DNA of 64,000 nt from Takakia lepidozioides (lineage: Eukaryota; Plantae; Bryophyta), in contig CM060732.1 of assembly GCA_030704615.1 (NCBI GenBank), forward strand, positions 32,426,001 through 32,490,000, written 5' to 3'. Position 1 is the first letter of the stretch, and each line of letters begins with the position of its first letter. The position numbers and the translations under genes were made by a program. Below the pieces are notes generated by a model. The model saw nothing but the letters and a program-made list of their open reading frames with translations, was not told the origin of the DNA and did not search any database. Positions 49,500 to 61,714 of the stretch are shown in pieces.

Positions 49500-51000
49500 C
49501 TGAATATCATTCATCCACCGAATGGATATCATTCATTGAAGATGATATCTCAGGATAAGGGGCGATGACAAGAGGAGGAAGACGATGCAGGAAGAAAGCA
49601 AAGGGACATGGAATTAAGGGAAGTTGAATCTGCACTGTCAATCTTCTTGAATCACCTAGAAGCAATGAGTTAATTAGCTCTAATGCAAAGGAAATGAGAT
49701 GAGCTTGGTAACCTGTGTAGCTAACAGAGAAGGGGGCGGTGCCGTCGTTGGTTTGATGAGGCATGTACCTTGGGATTTATGAAAATTGGTCTTGAAGGGG
49801 ATCATGGCTGATGCTACAAAAGTTAGAAATGGCAGAATTGTACATAGTAGGTAATTGAGACCATTCTGCTTCTTTCTTGCTTCTGCCTTAAGATATGTGT
49901 GACTTAACAATAATGAGGCAAATAACGGCTATTTAGATAGGGAGCTTGACCAACTGTGTCTGATGCCAATAGGGATAGCAACACCGTCACCTGTTTGATG
50001 ATTTGTAACTCAGACAGGGCTGTGAAAGAGGCAGTGAAATGATCTTAGGGATGACTCCGATATTTTGGGAAACGCCGGTGTGGGCAGCAAGCGACAAGCG
50101 TTACAAAGGTTGCAGACAACGAAGCAACTGCGAAGTTGAGCAATGGTCTCCACCGCTTGAATCAGAATATAAACCAGCTGAGTCGTTGATGTTTCTCTTC
50201 TACTACTTAGGATAGTTGTCGTTGCAATTTGTAGTAAATGCTCTCGATTTAGCATGAGGGAGATGTAACGTTTTTAAAAAATGGAATGGGATCATGGCAT
50301 GGATTTCAAACTAGTGAAGTGTCAAGGGAATATGGGTCAATGCAAGTGTCTCTTGGAATGTTGATTGAATGGCAGTGTAGTAGCCCTGGAATTACTGAGT
50401 GCATAGTGTGGTTTCTATTATTGATACTTTGGTTTCAGCAGTGCAAGTATGGATTGAAATTCATTTAAGGGTTTTAGATGAGCATCATATCTGCAACTTA
50501 GGCTTCTTGGAATAACAGTTAGTGGGATTTGCTGTTGTATCATATCATTTAGGAATTACGAATGCAGCTGATAAAGGAATGAGTGTGAAAGTCATGGTGT
50601 CTGTAGTATCCATGAAGTTGGAGGTAGAGTTTTAAGTTCATTGAGCCACTGTTGAATCTGTAATAAGTAGGTAGTAGATGCAAGGTCTTGATTTTGATTT
50701 ACCTTATTTGCATTAGTACATAGGACTGCAATGTTATATGTGTTACTGAATGGCAAAAAGACGAAGAAAAAAAATGCAAACTGTTTAGATTCAGATGTGG
50801 GGAATAGAAGAATGCTAAGAAAAAATGTGATTTGTCTTATGCTCCAAGGATGAGAAAAGTAACACTACTAGATGTCTGATTTGGCAAGTGCACTTACAGG
50901 TAGAAATATCCCGTTTATATGATAATTATGTCAATCCTTGGTGAGAAGAGAAGATCATATGGAAATGGGAGAGAGTCTTCAGTAAAATGGGGAACCAGGG
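49500..51000 (-). pseudogene. very degenerate RT-like ORF (possibly Penelope-like)
   Basis: Scattered fragments (TNANKV..LLQIQQW, WILQT..IP, QTGDGVAIP, QLPLIPCPF) in plausible RT order; no intact YxDD seen. Confidence 0.3.
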
Positions 51001-52699
51001 AGGCATAAAGTGAGAAAGTGGAAATACCATGAGCTAGCTACAGTGAAACAAATCCTTGTAGCTCTGTAATGCACGTAGTAAATGGTAGTTGTGTTTCTTT
51101 AGTGGTGAGAATAGAAAAGCAGAGTGCATGAAGAGAGATCTGTTTTGGTAAAAAGGAAAATGGTGGATTGACATAGTGAGGAGCTGTTTGGAAACAAAAC
51201 CCTAAAGTGATTGCAGTTCAATCAACAACTGGAAAACATGATGCATAAACATGCATCCACCTTGCAATTACCAAACAAGTGTATGCTTTTCGTGACTGAA
51301 TTTTTGACACTAATGTTGGTATAATATGTCTGTTGAGACATCAGGAACAGTAACCTTGGCATATGTAATGATTCATTGTGAAAGAGAACCAACAGTTTAA
51401 GTTGGCATAAACCCTGTACATGTGTTCATTTCCGCTACGGCGTGAATGGGGTATATCATCTCTGGTCATAAAGTGAACTTGGATTAATTTAGGTAGGTTC
51501 TTAGCAACTTAGAAAACACAAGCAGATGTGTATACAGAAAGGTCACATGGAGTGTTGTACAAATACGTTTATAAGTTACCTAGAAGGGGATTTATGCCCC
51601 ATCTTTTTCACACTACACAATGTTTCCTGATTGAATCAAACTTAATATAAACTCGCTCACATCCTTAAATTATAAATAAGGACGAACCAGATATTTTGTA
51701 TTATGATAAAGCATTTGATAAGGTTGTCGACAATTAAAATATAGATTGTAATTAAATAATATATTTATCATCTAATATGTGCAGTTATTGATGACATATG
51801 TGTTACATTTTCTTAAATAAACATAAAGATATGTGTAAAGAGGAACATAATTCATTTCCACATTCGGATATGACAGCCCTCTCTCTGATAATTGTCATGA
51901 ACGTGATCAAGTAATTCCATTATGAAATCAATAAATAACAAAAATTGGTCCCAACATTTCCTCGAGCTATTCACATTGGTATCATAATGTAGATTTCGAT
52001 ATGACGCCATTTGTATTTGTAATGTATGTATCTGTGTTATTTTTATTTAAAAATATGAGTGTCTTTTTTTTAATCATTTTTACTAAATTAGACCGAGTGA
52101 TATGAGACACAATTGAATCCATCGCGCTTTACTAAAACTGTCATTCATCAACCAATCATAATAATTACCAAATTCACAGTCATTCTTATTACTAATTAAA
52201 CTAAAAGCCGAATCAAAATAATTTTCAAATTTATCATCTACCCGAGCCTCATTCATGAAACTCAAACTTTCAACCGTTTCGGATTTTGTCCCATTGTGAC
52301 TTGGGGGTTATGGACCAAATCAAATCAAATGAGTTATGAGAACTTTGTACCCATACAGCGTCATTTCAATAAAAAAAACCTCCGTTCCCATGACTCACTG
52401 CCATTAATGAAGGTGTTAGCTTATCAACCATGAAATCATGGAAGCGATGTCATTTCACTCTTACTCACTCTGCAAGTAGCTGCCCAACAGCAACTATATC
52501 TCACATTAACATAATCGTCAAATACATAACTTAAACCACGACACGTTGTCATTCACCTCTATGCACTAAAATTGCAAAAGCGGTCGTTATCCCATCGAGC
52601 TTGCGTTACCACCCATTCTCACAGTTGCGCAATATATCCTCACAGCTAACAACTTCTTTTCCTCCGTGCTCTGTGTTTTTGCTCATATTATTCACAACG

Positions 52700-54477
52700 T
52701 ATGATACAATCAAGGAGGAAAAAAGCTTTGAAATGGAGAGCAGCGGAGACCGTCTATCCCTCCACATGAAAGGCTCCACCCTGGAAGGGCTCCCAGGCGC
52801 ACAAATTGTTGCTAACATTGTCTATGAGGCTTATAATGCAAAGAATGAACTTGAAATACTCTACGCTGGCAAGCCCACTACAGAAACGAACTTTGGATAT
52901 CTGTACACGGCAACAGAGGAAACCAGGGCTCGAGCCCTTGCTCATGGCCTAAGGCACGAGAACCTCTAAATGCAAGAACGTCTGCACAGCATCAGCGGGG
53001 CTATTATCCAGCCCAAACAACAAGTCTAAAAAAGAGAAGCATTGACGCTTATTGTTCGCCAACTCCGAATCACGGAAACACAAGATGAAATCTACAAGGA
53101 CATCTGGCATCTAATGGGGAAGGACAACGTCGCTAATTACTTATTTCCCCAATGTGCTCAACAACGAAAAGGTGCTACATGCAGGAACCATTCATGTCAC
53201 ATACAAGAATGCAACTACCTACAACATTTGGCAGGGGAAAACGAACATCCGCATCATGGGCAAGAACGTGGATTTCTTTCCACACCCCCGCTGCCTCAAT
53301 AGTAAAACCGCAGTGGATCCGGACACACTTCAACAATTACAGATCATAGACATCAACAAAGCGTTGGCCAATACAATCGAGTCGATTCAACTGCATTCTG
53401 GGCCCAGCAACGGAATGTTACGATATGAGCTGCTTTTATTGGTGGCAACGCAGCACAAAGAGCACAAATGGGACATCGTCGCCTTCAAAGACGTGGTAGT
53501 CTCAGAGATCGAAACACAAACATATCAGTACATGGAATCTCTGAAGTCATCAGTATTAGAGGAGCTGGCCCACTACAGCAAATGGGAAGGGTTTGCGACG
53601 TCAGCCGCGCCCCCACGCCCCGCACGGGGCTGAGCCCGCGATGCTTTTTTGCGACGCCGGGGCCGCGACACCATTACGACGCCCAGCCATCATAAGGTGA
53701 CATGAAGGGGGAAAGAGAGCCCTCGCTGCTATGGATTTTTTTTTCTTGCGACGCCCCGACGTCGTATATATATATGGACGTTACGACGCCTCGGCGTCGT
53801 AAAAGCGTCACTAAGGGCGCCTCTGCGTCGCTAGGGCGTCGCAACAGCATCACCACAGTGTGAGTTTTTTTTTTTTTTTTTTTTTTCTCCGGCTTTGCGG
53901 CCCTCAACTTCACAAAAACGTCGCTGGGGGCGCCCTGCGCTTGGACGCCCAACGTTGTGACGTCAGGGGGTCGCAACGGCGTCGCCACAGGGGGTCGCAA
54001 TGGTGTTGTGGTCAGCTTAGGTCCACACAATGACGTCGCTTGGGACGCCTAGCGGTGGGAGGTACAACAACGGCGACGATGCTGGGGCTGGGGTTGGGCA
54101 CTAAGGTTGTGGAGGTTGCAACTCCCCGGCGTCACAAGAGAAACCCCCTTAGAAGGAACTTGAAGGAAATATATATATATATATTGCTTTTGTAATACAT
54201 AGATGTAGCGTAGGTGTGTTGGTTAGTTTGTCGTGTCTTAGAAATGTTATAACGTGGAGATCTTAGATTCAAGTATGCATTGCATGATATATGTAGAACA
54301 ATGAACATATCGTCATTAGACAGAACCGGTGTCAATGGTCAACGCCTGAGTCAATGTTCAACAAGTTTTTGAAATTCAAATTTTCCCGCCTAAATTCAAA
54401 TGCACCCCCTTAAATTGTGACGTCCAGGCGTCGCACTTTGTGAACCCTGGACGGTGCTAATTCTGCATTAGAGAATA

Positions 54478-54539
<62 letters not shown>

Positions 54540-55257
54540 CCGTCGCAAATCGTGGTTTCGCATATTTGCGACACCCATTGGTCACAAATTTGCGATGTTT
54601 TTTTGGCGACGAGCTTGCGACACCCGGGCGTTGCAAATTTGGTTTTTCCCCTGCCCGAAAATGGCTGTTTTATGACGTCGCGGCGTGGCTGCGGCGTCGA
54701 ACCCCCCCTCCTCTCCCCCATTTTTCCTGTAGTGGCCTACAACATGTCATCATATCAGACCCGATTTAACACAATGATGACCAAGCTGCCAGCATTTACT
54801 CTCACCAAACTGTAGCTGCAAAATCACACAACTACAACGACGCCCACTTAGCTGCAGCCGGTCTTCCAGTACCAACCACCTCCAGCTAGCAAGTTTACAA
54901 GACAAACGTGGAACCAAATCACCCTGCTTAGGGTGGAGCAAGTTGCCACCACAAGCGGACATCTCTCTCCTGAAACAAACCAGTAGCCAACTGCTAGCAC
55001 CTCCAGGAAACGACTGGACAATGAGTAACACCCCTGGTAAAAAAAACATGCTCGAGCAGAGTAATCGTGCCCATACAGATGCTAACTGGCAGAGCTCTAT
55101 TAGTTTTTCCGCTATGATGTTTTTCGGTATGTTCATTCTGCTATACAATACTACATTTTTGTATTACCCATCTGCAAACAACATTGATACTCAAACACAC
55201 AACTTTGTTGCTACTATGTTGCTACAACTAATGGGTATGCTTACAACTAATGAATAA
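52700..55257 (+). pseudogene. RRM-like ORF1/gag-like protein pseudogene interrupted by a CACTA element
   Basis: LTLIVRQL..IWHLMGKDNV..HAGTIHVTY..IRIMGKNVDFFPHP. Reading frame EELA|YNMSSY is restored on removing 53571-54734. Confidence 0.6.
53571..54734. mobile_element. 1164-bp non-autonomous CACTA element
   Basis: CACTACAG..CTGTAGTG termini. TSD GCC (53568-53570, 54735-54737). GCGACG subterminal repeats. Poly-T tracts at ~53865 and 54480-54539. Confidence 0.92.
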
Positions 55258-55989
55258 GCTTGAAAATTTTAGTGCTCTCTCAGGAGAGATGAGCAGATTG
55301 TACCTCACTGGCAAGGCGACTAGGTCGCATTTTCAGTCCAGTGCCAGTTTAGGGTGGTGATCTGGTGTGTTGCAGGAAGTATGGTGCTGAAATGACTCAC
55401 AATGTGTCGACATTGAAGAGGAAAGTGAAAGTGGAGCGTGCTGCACAGTGGAATGTTGCAGTAACCAGTGGGAGAAAATAAAAAAATCAAAGATTTGTCT
55501 CACATCTGCTGTGTTGTCTTATTCTACGTTGCTTTCATCAGTCTACCTTTTCCCAAATGGCAGACATCATGGATTAAATCTTATCATGTGCTTCATAAGG
55601 GATTTTCTCCAATTTGTGATGTTTGTGCAAATGACATTGATTGTTGTGCTTGGTTCAGATAAATGTTAGAATGACATCCTCATTCAACATTCATCCACTC
55701 TCATACATCCACATTCATCCACAACTTTTCATCCATATTCATCCATATTCGGAGCATGCTGACTCTCCTTCATCCTCATTACGCCTCGTCGCCCACATAT
55801 GGTTCCGTATGTGCCGAATGCGCAAGTCCGCGGCTATAGGCACTCTTCTGCCTATTCGGTCCACGGTTATAGGTCCGTACCTATGGAAATGACGTGACGT
55901 CAACCACGTTGGCAAGGTCTGTTGACGTGGCGTCAGACCCGTGAGCCAACGTGACAATAACTGCTGACGTGGCGTGAGCCTGGCTGCGC

Positions 55990-58291
55990 TCACATGCTCA
56001 CGCGGAAGCATCCCCCATGGAAATGTTGCTCATGTTCGGGAGTAAGCGTGCCATTGCCAGTAGAGCCGGAGTGAGAGGCAAATGCCTGGAGTTGATCAAC
56101 GGGGGAGTCCACCAGTCCAATATCATGAAGACTGAGGCCTTTCTGAACAGAGGCCAACTCAGACAAAGGAGAAGCAGTTAGCCTAGCAAGGACCTGACCC
56201 TTGCGGACACTGATGCTGATACGTTCTGGATTAGCAATCAGTAATCTGACCTCTCCCTTAAATCCCCTGTCTAAAACCCAGAAGCAATCATACAGTGCTT
56301 TTGGAGGGTAAGTTTTTTCCAACCTTCAACCTCAAGGAAATGACCTGTAGGGCAAGCAAAAGCTAAGCCTATAGGTACTATGCGCTGAGAAAAAGCAGGG
56401 ATACTGAAGTCAACTAGAGAACGTAGCAATATGGTATTCTTTGCCATAGGCAGGGGAGGTCCAGACTTCTTACATGGTGGAGGGAAATGCCATTGGTAAA
56501 AATTATCACCAAGTGGTTGGAACTGGCTGAATTTGGCCCAATTATAATGCAAACCCACCTGCTTCTTCATCTGCTCAGCTTGAAGCTTGAGACGAGAATA
56601 GTTGGCCATAGAGGTCCCAGCGGCAATAGTAACATGGCTTAGACTCACCTTGAAAGGTTGCCCCTCACCATTGTGAAGACACATAAGATTGTTCATGATG
56701 TCAAGCTGGCCTTTGCACCCTTCATCCAATCCAGAACCATTAAAATTTGTTCACCCATGGTGACAATGCAGGTCAACAAGACAGTTTTCCCACTAATGCG
56801 GATAGGCAAGATGACCAACCCTATGGGTTCATATGCCGTGCCATCAGCTATGGTAACCTCAATGCCACGAGCAGGGCTAATCTTTAATCCAAGAATGCGA
56901 ATTGTACTAAGTGGAATGGCAGACATGGTACATCCAATATCAATAATACATGGAAAGGAAAGGTGGCCCACATGACATTGTATCATCAATGGGTGGGTGC
57001 GGTCCCTACTGATGCTCTTATAGGCCTCACAATGCATGAGTTTGAAATCATGAGAAAGAACAACACTTACCAGCATTTTGGGGTTCTTACCATGGTCATC
57101 TAACACCCTCACAAACGACTGGGTTCGTTTAAAGTACCCTTCTATTTTTTGTCTCTTTGCAAGTGTTCAATCAAAGCAGGTAAGTCAGATTGGTAAGGGC
57201 ACCACCTGGTGTAATGCTTGGTGGACTTGCAGATCATGCATGCCACCACTGAAGTCCTGGCTTCATGACGAATGCCAGCATTGGTCTTACCTTGAGGCCC
57301 AGATTTGGCAGTGACTGTAGAGTTCCAGCCTACCTCAGCTTTGAAGGCTTGAAGTTCTCCCTGGGTTTCATTACGAAAAGATGACAACCCATGCACAATG
57401 GAAAGGACCAAATCTTCTGCAATACCTTTCACCCCAAGGTCCCCATCAGTATGCTCTACACAGTGACCCTCACTAGCTAGATGAGTGTGTTTTGTGTTGG
57501 CAACTTTAGACAGGCCTGCCTTGGCAGCTTTGAGACGTAGCCTTTCTTCAATCAATTCCACCATCTCATCTTTAGTGCTGTAAGTCTGTTTTTGCATAAA
57601 TACTTTCTCAGCAGGGGGCAAAGCCCTTTACAAAACAATGTTTCAAAATAGCAGGTCTCTCCGAGGCAATCAAAACTGACTTACAGATTGCAGTTCGCAA
57701 GTCAGTGCAGTATTTCCACACACTGTCGCCATAATGAAATTTTAAGTATGGTGTGGTGTAAGCTATGGGCTTTTCTTTACGAAAGAGTTTGCGAGCCAAT
57801 TCTCTGGCTTCTACCCAAGTAAGATCATTTTTGTCCTTAATATTGGACTCAAACAGTTGCCTGGCCTCTCCCTTGAGACAGATCCGAAAAGACTTGACTT
57901 GGAACCGTGGGGGAACTCCATTCATTTCAGTGTTGATTTCAAAAAATTCCAAGAAGTTGTACTCAGGGTATTGTTGCTTATGCATTCGCTCCCCATGATC
58001 AATTTTTTGTGGAGTAGTATCCGGAACTTTAGTTTGTTTCAGCAACATTTTCATAAGCAGGGGGCAATTTGAAATCACCCCCATGGCTTCACACAGCTTG
58101 TCCAAATCAAATGTGGGTTGAGGCACAGTCGCCGGATCCTTGTGATCTCCGGACGACTCTCCCATTTCCATATTATTTCTTTCATTAGTTGCTGTCTCTT
58201 CCCTCTCCTCCGCTGCACGTTTTTCCAACTCACTTAGTCCTATCGTCTCTTCTGCTTCCCTCTCTAGCATAGATCTTGTAAATACAGGCAT
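55990..58291 (-). pseudogene. retrotransposon gag (CCHC knuckle) - aspartic protease - dUTPase-like polyprotein, frameshifted, no RT
   Basis: Gag LKGEARQLF..CFVKG and CMICKSTKHYTRWCP. Protease CIIDIGCTMSAI..ITIADG-like..DWM. dUTPase-like IPAFSQRIVPIGLAFACPTG..VLDRGFKGEVRLLIAN..VRKGQVLARL. Confidence 0.75.
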
Positions 58292-59343
58292 GAGAAGAGG
58301 AATACACGGCTACCTGTCCGAAGGGGCACTGAGCTTCGAATCCCACCCAGACACACAGTGGGATGTGATGAAGCGATGTTTGTGCAACAGGTACACTCCT
58401 TCCCCAATAAAGCCCACAATTCCTCTTCACCCTTGAGCCAAAAAGTCACGCGCACGATGCTGCGTACCACCTTTTCCTTCACCAACAGTGTATGGGTAGG
58501 ATATGCCTTGGCTTCTTCGGCCTTATAGAGACTTACTGTTTCACGCCGAAAACACACCCCCGGAAAGATCAACACATCAGTAGGACAAAAAGGGAACTCA
58601 GAGTCGGGAATACCAGTGATGAGCTCTTCCCAAGTAGGATCCCGGGTAGGGGCTGGCGGAACTCGAGGCCTTAAATTAGCAAGCAGGATTGATGTACCTC
58701 CTTTAACCACTTCCCACAATCGTAGAGGACTCGGCTTGTCAGGAGGCAAGAAGCTCTCAAGCTCTACACCCAATTCTCGACTCACAGAGAATTGTGGAAT
58801 GCCCAAGACAGCCCAACTAAGTCTCTCACCACTCTCCAACTGCTCCTTGGCACTAGCAAGGGGAATTTGTAGAGTGACTTCCCTGGAATGAAGCTTGAGG
58901 AGAAGGCGTGCGGCGTAGGTTCCCTGAAGAGACTCGTGAATGCGCCGGCTCTGCTCCCTTTGCTCCGCTTTGGTGTGTATGGGTTTGCAAGCCTCTTTGC
59001 GTGTCGTTTCCTCAAAGGTCTTGGCCCAAAACTCCGAGGGCGTGTCCAGCGGGAGCTCAGGCCGTGGAATAGGTTCTCCCTCCGGGTAATCAACAAACAC
59101 CAGCTGCTCAGGTAATAGGTTGCGTGCAAGCTCACAAATGTAGTGAGATTTCAACGCCTGAGTATGTTTCAAGCACGGGACCTCGAATTGATCAAACTCA
59201 AACCAACCACGCTCAGAACTGTAAGCCATAATGCTCACTTGCGAAACTCTCAAAACACAGAAAAGCTTGAGCAGGCAAACACACACACTCTCTCTCTGTG
59301 CACGACACACAAGCCGCCATTTTGCCACTACCTCTCCCTTCAA
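58264..59343 (-). CDS. additional unknown ORF (~320-359 aa) directly upstream of and overlapping gag
   Basis: Long uninterrupted ORF; probable start MAYSSERGWF at 59229; no recognised domain. Confidence 0.45.
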   Translation of the reverse strand: MKGEVVAKWRLVCRAQRESVCVCLLKLFCVLRVSQVSIMAYSSERGWFEFDQFEVPCLKHTQALKSHYICELARNLLPEQLVFVDYPEGEPIPRPELPLDTPSEFWAKTFEETTRKEACKPIHTKAEQREQSRRIHESLQGTYAARLLLKLHSREVTLQIPLASAKEQLESGERLSWAVLGIPQFSVSRELGVELESFLPPDKPSPLRLWEVVKGGTSILLANLRPRVPPAPTRDPTWEELITGIPDSEFPFCPTDVLIFPGVCFRRETVSLYKAEEAKAYPTHTLLVKEKVVRSIVRVTFWLKGEEELWALLGKECTCCTNIASSHPTVCLGGIRSSVPLRTGSRVFLFSCLYLQDLC

Positions 59344-61714
59344 TCATGCAGGATCCCCCGTACACAATCTACTGTTCTCAGATGTTTCGTACGAGCCAAA
59401 TTCTTTGTTAACGATTTTAGCTACCCCGCATCTCCACCATGATTCCGGCGCTATGGGTTTGTTCCCCTTCCTCTACCGCACTTAATCCTATCTGGGGAAT
59501 GTAGTCGATAGATGGGCCTGGCAGAGAAAAATCTAATCTTAGTGTCGTGTGGCATTTACATATAGGCCAGCCAGATGCCCTCCCAGCATAGCCATAGAAA
59601 GAAGCCAGATCACCCAGATCCATCCTAATCTAATCCTAAACTAGCTGTTAAAATAAGAGAGCACCTAATAAAGTCATCAGCTGTTGCCAGCTCATCCTCA
59701 TGCGCAAGGTGTAAGTTTATCCAGACTTCATCCTGGCTCCGTCCATCCCTAAATCATCTGGAGCGCATCCCTCCTCCATTCATCCAAGTCGAAAAGGAAG
59801 GTGAGAAGGAATCCCAGCTCCACAACCCTGACCTGCAGATTTTTGCAAAAATGCATGGGTTAGGTAAGGAGAGGGGCTAGGCGGGGTTGAGTACCTACGT
59901 GGCAACGTTATATTGGTGCATGCAACAGCTAGCTCCAAAACACTTGGCCCCGCTTCGGCCTCAACTTTTGAAAAATTCACCATTGGATTTCCAAAAAAAT
60001 TTAACATTAGGATGAGGATCATAGGAACTCATTATCTCACCGCTCAGATAGAATTTGTTTTTGGACTTCTGCACATTTTTTGACAATGTTTGAAATTCCA
60101 CGTTCTGGAACATATCTAAACCCCCCAAAGAATACATACGAAGGGGCATGTAGCATCCTTTGGCATTTTAGCATGAAATTTTGTGCATACTTGGGTATCT
60201 TGGAATAGGATATGGCTGTTGGTGCAGTGGGCCCAACAAAAATCAATCCAATACTGCAATTGCTTGGTCAAACCTAACATTGTAGGTTTCTCAAATTCCC
60301 AAAAAGAAAACAACCCCCACCAAAATACTATAATCTTGAAATTTTTGTGGTGATTTTTTTTTGCAATTTGGTATATGGATCTATGAGGTAGGTAACCACT
60401 GATTTATAAGGTTCATATTTCTGGATGTACTATGATATGCGGATAACTTGGTTATAGTGCCCAGGGGTAAGAAAATTTAAGGGCAAAAAAACTCTATCTC
60501 TAGGAAGTTAAGGGTTAATATTAAAATTTTGTCATGAAGAGTGCCCATAACTCCATGAGCAAGCTATTTGTCACACAACAAGCTCTCTTTCTCCATGAAA
60601 CTCATTGAAGCAAGCATAGAACAAGCTATTGAGCTTTCTATGGCATACCCCATTTTAACCATTGTATGCACTCATAGTGCTCCCTCCCATGGCCATAGTG
60701 CATCCCTTAAATTTCCTAATTATCCAGCCCCGGCACTTGCCACTTCCATAGCCATCATGCTCGCTTGAGATTGAAACCCCAACTCAAAGCATGCTCTACC
60801 AATGCACAATCTTGCACAAAAAGAGAAATCGGATATCTCCAGCTTCAATAGCTCTCCTAAGCTTGAAGTTGAAGACCCCCAAAATGAAAATGTGTAATTT
60901 TACGTGAAAAACAATGGGAAAAATATAAGAACTTAATATAATAGATTATTAGATCCAACAAAATCTTCAAGTGAATATGAACAAGTTCATTACGTAGGTT
61001 AATGTGATCACTCCATATTCAAGCAACATGGCCAATTTGAAGGTTGAGTTATGGCAAGATCGCTCTTCTAATTCACATTTTAATCTCTTCATGCATTTGT
61101 AGAGATTGTCTCAAATTTTGATGAGCTTGCTAACATGTACATGGGAGTAACCAATAGAATTTAAATCACATAAGATTCATTCACCCCTATTGGCTATTTG
61201 ATTTATGACATATAGCTTCATGTCGGCTACCTTCCCTGTAGATTCCAACAGTATAGTTCGTTAGTCAAATATTCTTCAATTTAAATTTGTTGATTTTTTT
61301 CCATAAGAGCTATTGTTATAGCTGTGTTTCTTGGAAAAAAACACAGTATTTAAGAAATTAGATGATTCTAGATCAACAAACTTAATATGTGATGACATAC
61401 TAATGAGATGTTCAACAGTGTTAGAATAAATTTTTACTTTGACGCTTTCAACATTAGATATCGTAAGCCATTCATGATGTGAACCGCTTGATTCATTTCT
61501 TATTCTTGGAATGTGTGGGCATGTGGCACTCTTGGGATTATGTATGGAGCTAGTTCTTGGAATAGACAATCCGACAGTTTCAATTGATTACTTACATTAA
61601 AGACGTATGAAAAGGAGGAGTTTGAAGAGATCAAAAAGTATCAAAGGAGGTCAATGATGTTTTTACAAAATCTTTCTGTTGAAGTAGGTTTGTAGATTTG
61701 ACATACTTATTCAC

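Noticed and set aside
51611-51620. CACTAC as left end of the CACTA ending at 54734
   Set aside because: Flank TCA does not match GCC; the 53571 end matches both TIR and TSD.
54410-54721. Poly-lysine ORF (also 53674-54030)
   Set aside because: Translation of poly-T tracts inside a non-autonomous CACTA.
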